Shown here piece by piece: positions 63,886 through 64,000 of a stretch of 64,000 bases of DNA. Positions within the stretch are counted from its first letter, which is position 1. Each line of letters starts with the position of its first letter. The position numbers and the translations under genes were made by a program. The notes beneath the pieces are model-generated. The model worked only from the letters and a program-made list of their open reading frames with translations, was not told the origin of the DNA and searched no databases. Source of the DNA: OCS155 cluster bacterium AG-349-E07. Lineage in GTDB: Bacteria > Actinomycetota > Acidimicrobiia > Actinomarinales > Actinomarinaceae. The stretch lies in NCBI GenBank assembly GCA_003281085.1, contig QCCZ01000002.1:11028-75027 (forward strand), read 5' to 3'.

Positions 63886-64000
63886 CCTTTTATAGAACCC
63901 GCAGTTAAACCACCAGTTATTTGCTTTTGGAAGAATAAGAACAAAACAGCAATAGGTGTTGCAGCAATAACGGATGCTGCAGCAATGCTTCCCCATTCAT
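63882..64000 (-). CDS. Carbohydrate ABC transporter permease, C-terminal end (partial, 5' end off window)
   Basis: My translation of the - strand frame ending at TGA 63884..63882: EWGSIAAASVIAATPIAVLFLFFQKQITGGLTAGSIKG*, a typical MalG/UgpE-type permease C-terminus. Confidence 0.6.
   Translation of the reverse strand, partial: EWGSIAAASVIAATPIAVLFLFFQKQITGGLTAGSIKG

Noticed and set aside
63886-63996. A Cys-rich N-terminal extension of the ThuA-like ORF (MGKHCCSIRYCCNTYCC...), which looks like a RiPP-like or metal-binding leader.
   Set aside because: Another frame of the same stretch encodes a textbook sugar-ABC permease C-terminus (EWGSIAAASVIAATPIAVLFLFFQKQITGGLTAGSIKG*) ending in an ATGA overlap with MTKKALFLSGGWEGHEP. 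The Cys-rich peptide is an out-of-frame read-through artefact.
1-64000. A search by eye for CRISPR arrays, tandem or interspersed repeats, rRNA, tRNA and tmRNA.
   Set aside because: No spacer longer than ~210 bp exists. None of the spacers shows cloverleaf-compatible arms, a regularly spaced repeat or rRNA-like conserved blocks. Only short A/T homopolymers and the hairpins listed as features were found. A computational scan (tRNAscan-SE, Infernal, a CRISPR finder) would be the definitive check.

Overview
This is a strongly AT-rich, very compact chromosomal core region (base composition judged by eye, not computed). I call about 75 protein-coding genes (two partial at the window edges), two candidate small ORFs and a few hairpins or inverted repeats. 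I found no rRNA, tRNA, CRISPR array, IS element, integrase-bounded island or prophage. Most same-strand junctions are 1-, 4- (ATGA) or 8-nt start/stop overlaps. Convergent genes overlap or abut at their 3' ends, so classical terminators are almost absent. The backbone order is the conserved actinobacterial arrangement: rimP-proS-ispG-rseP-cdsA-frr-pyrH-tsf-rpsB-xerC; rnhB-lepB-rplS-trmD / rimM-KH-rpsP; smc-fpg-rnc-plsX-rpmF-yceD-coaD-rsmD-recG; rpmB; ddl; ino1. FO synthase (cofG/cofH), DDN- and PPOX-type deazaflavin enzymes and inositol-1-phosphate synthase fit that assignment. I infer, without proof, a genome-streamlined low-GC marine actinobacterium. The region 49.4-62.1 kb is a beta-oxidation / 4-hydroxy-acid neighbourhood, followed by a Gfo/ThuA/sugar-ABC cluster. 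The items most worth follow-up are: (1) a circularly permuted, miniaturised photolyase/cryptochrome-like protein with a Cys cluster, translationally coupled to a membrane-anchored DDN-family deazaflavin protein (36.6-38.2 kb); (2) an orphan three-gene cassette ending in a Rad52/Sak-like single-strand annealing protein, wedged antisense between gdhA and dtd (47.5-48.6 kb), with a Cas4/AddB-like Fe-S nuclease nearby; (3) a five-gene operon in which a MurF-like ligase carries a polytopic membrane domain in place of its UDP-MurNAc-binding domain (38.3-42.6 kb); (4) an 883-aa SMC with no recognisable hinge; (5) a GAPDH paralogue lacking the catalytic Cys, abutting the canonical gap inside an insertion that splits the rimM/trmD operon; (6) a split ACAD10/11-like kinase + acyl-CoA dehydrogenase pair next to a 4-hydroxybutyryl-CoA dehydratase-like gene; (7) lepB, whose membrane anchor is encoded upstream of any canonical start codon. 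All family assignments come from motif recognition by eye. No searches were run.
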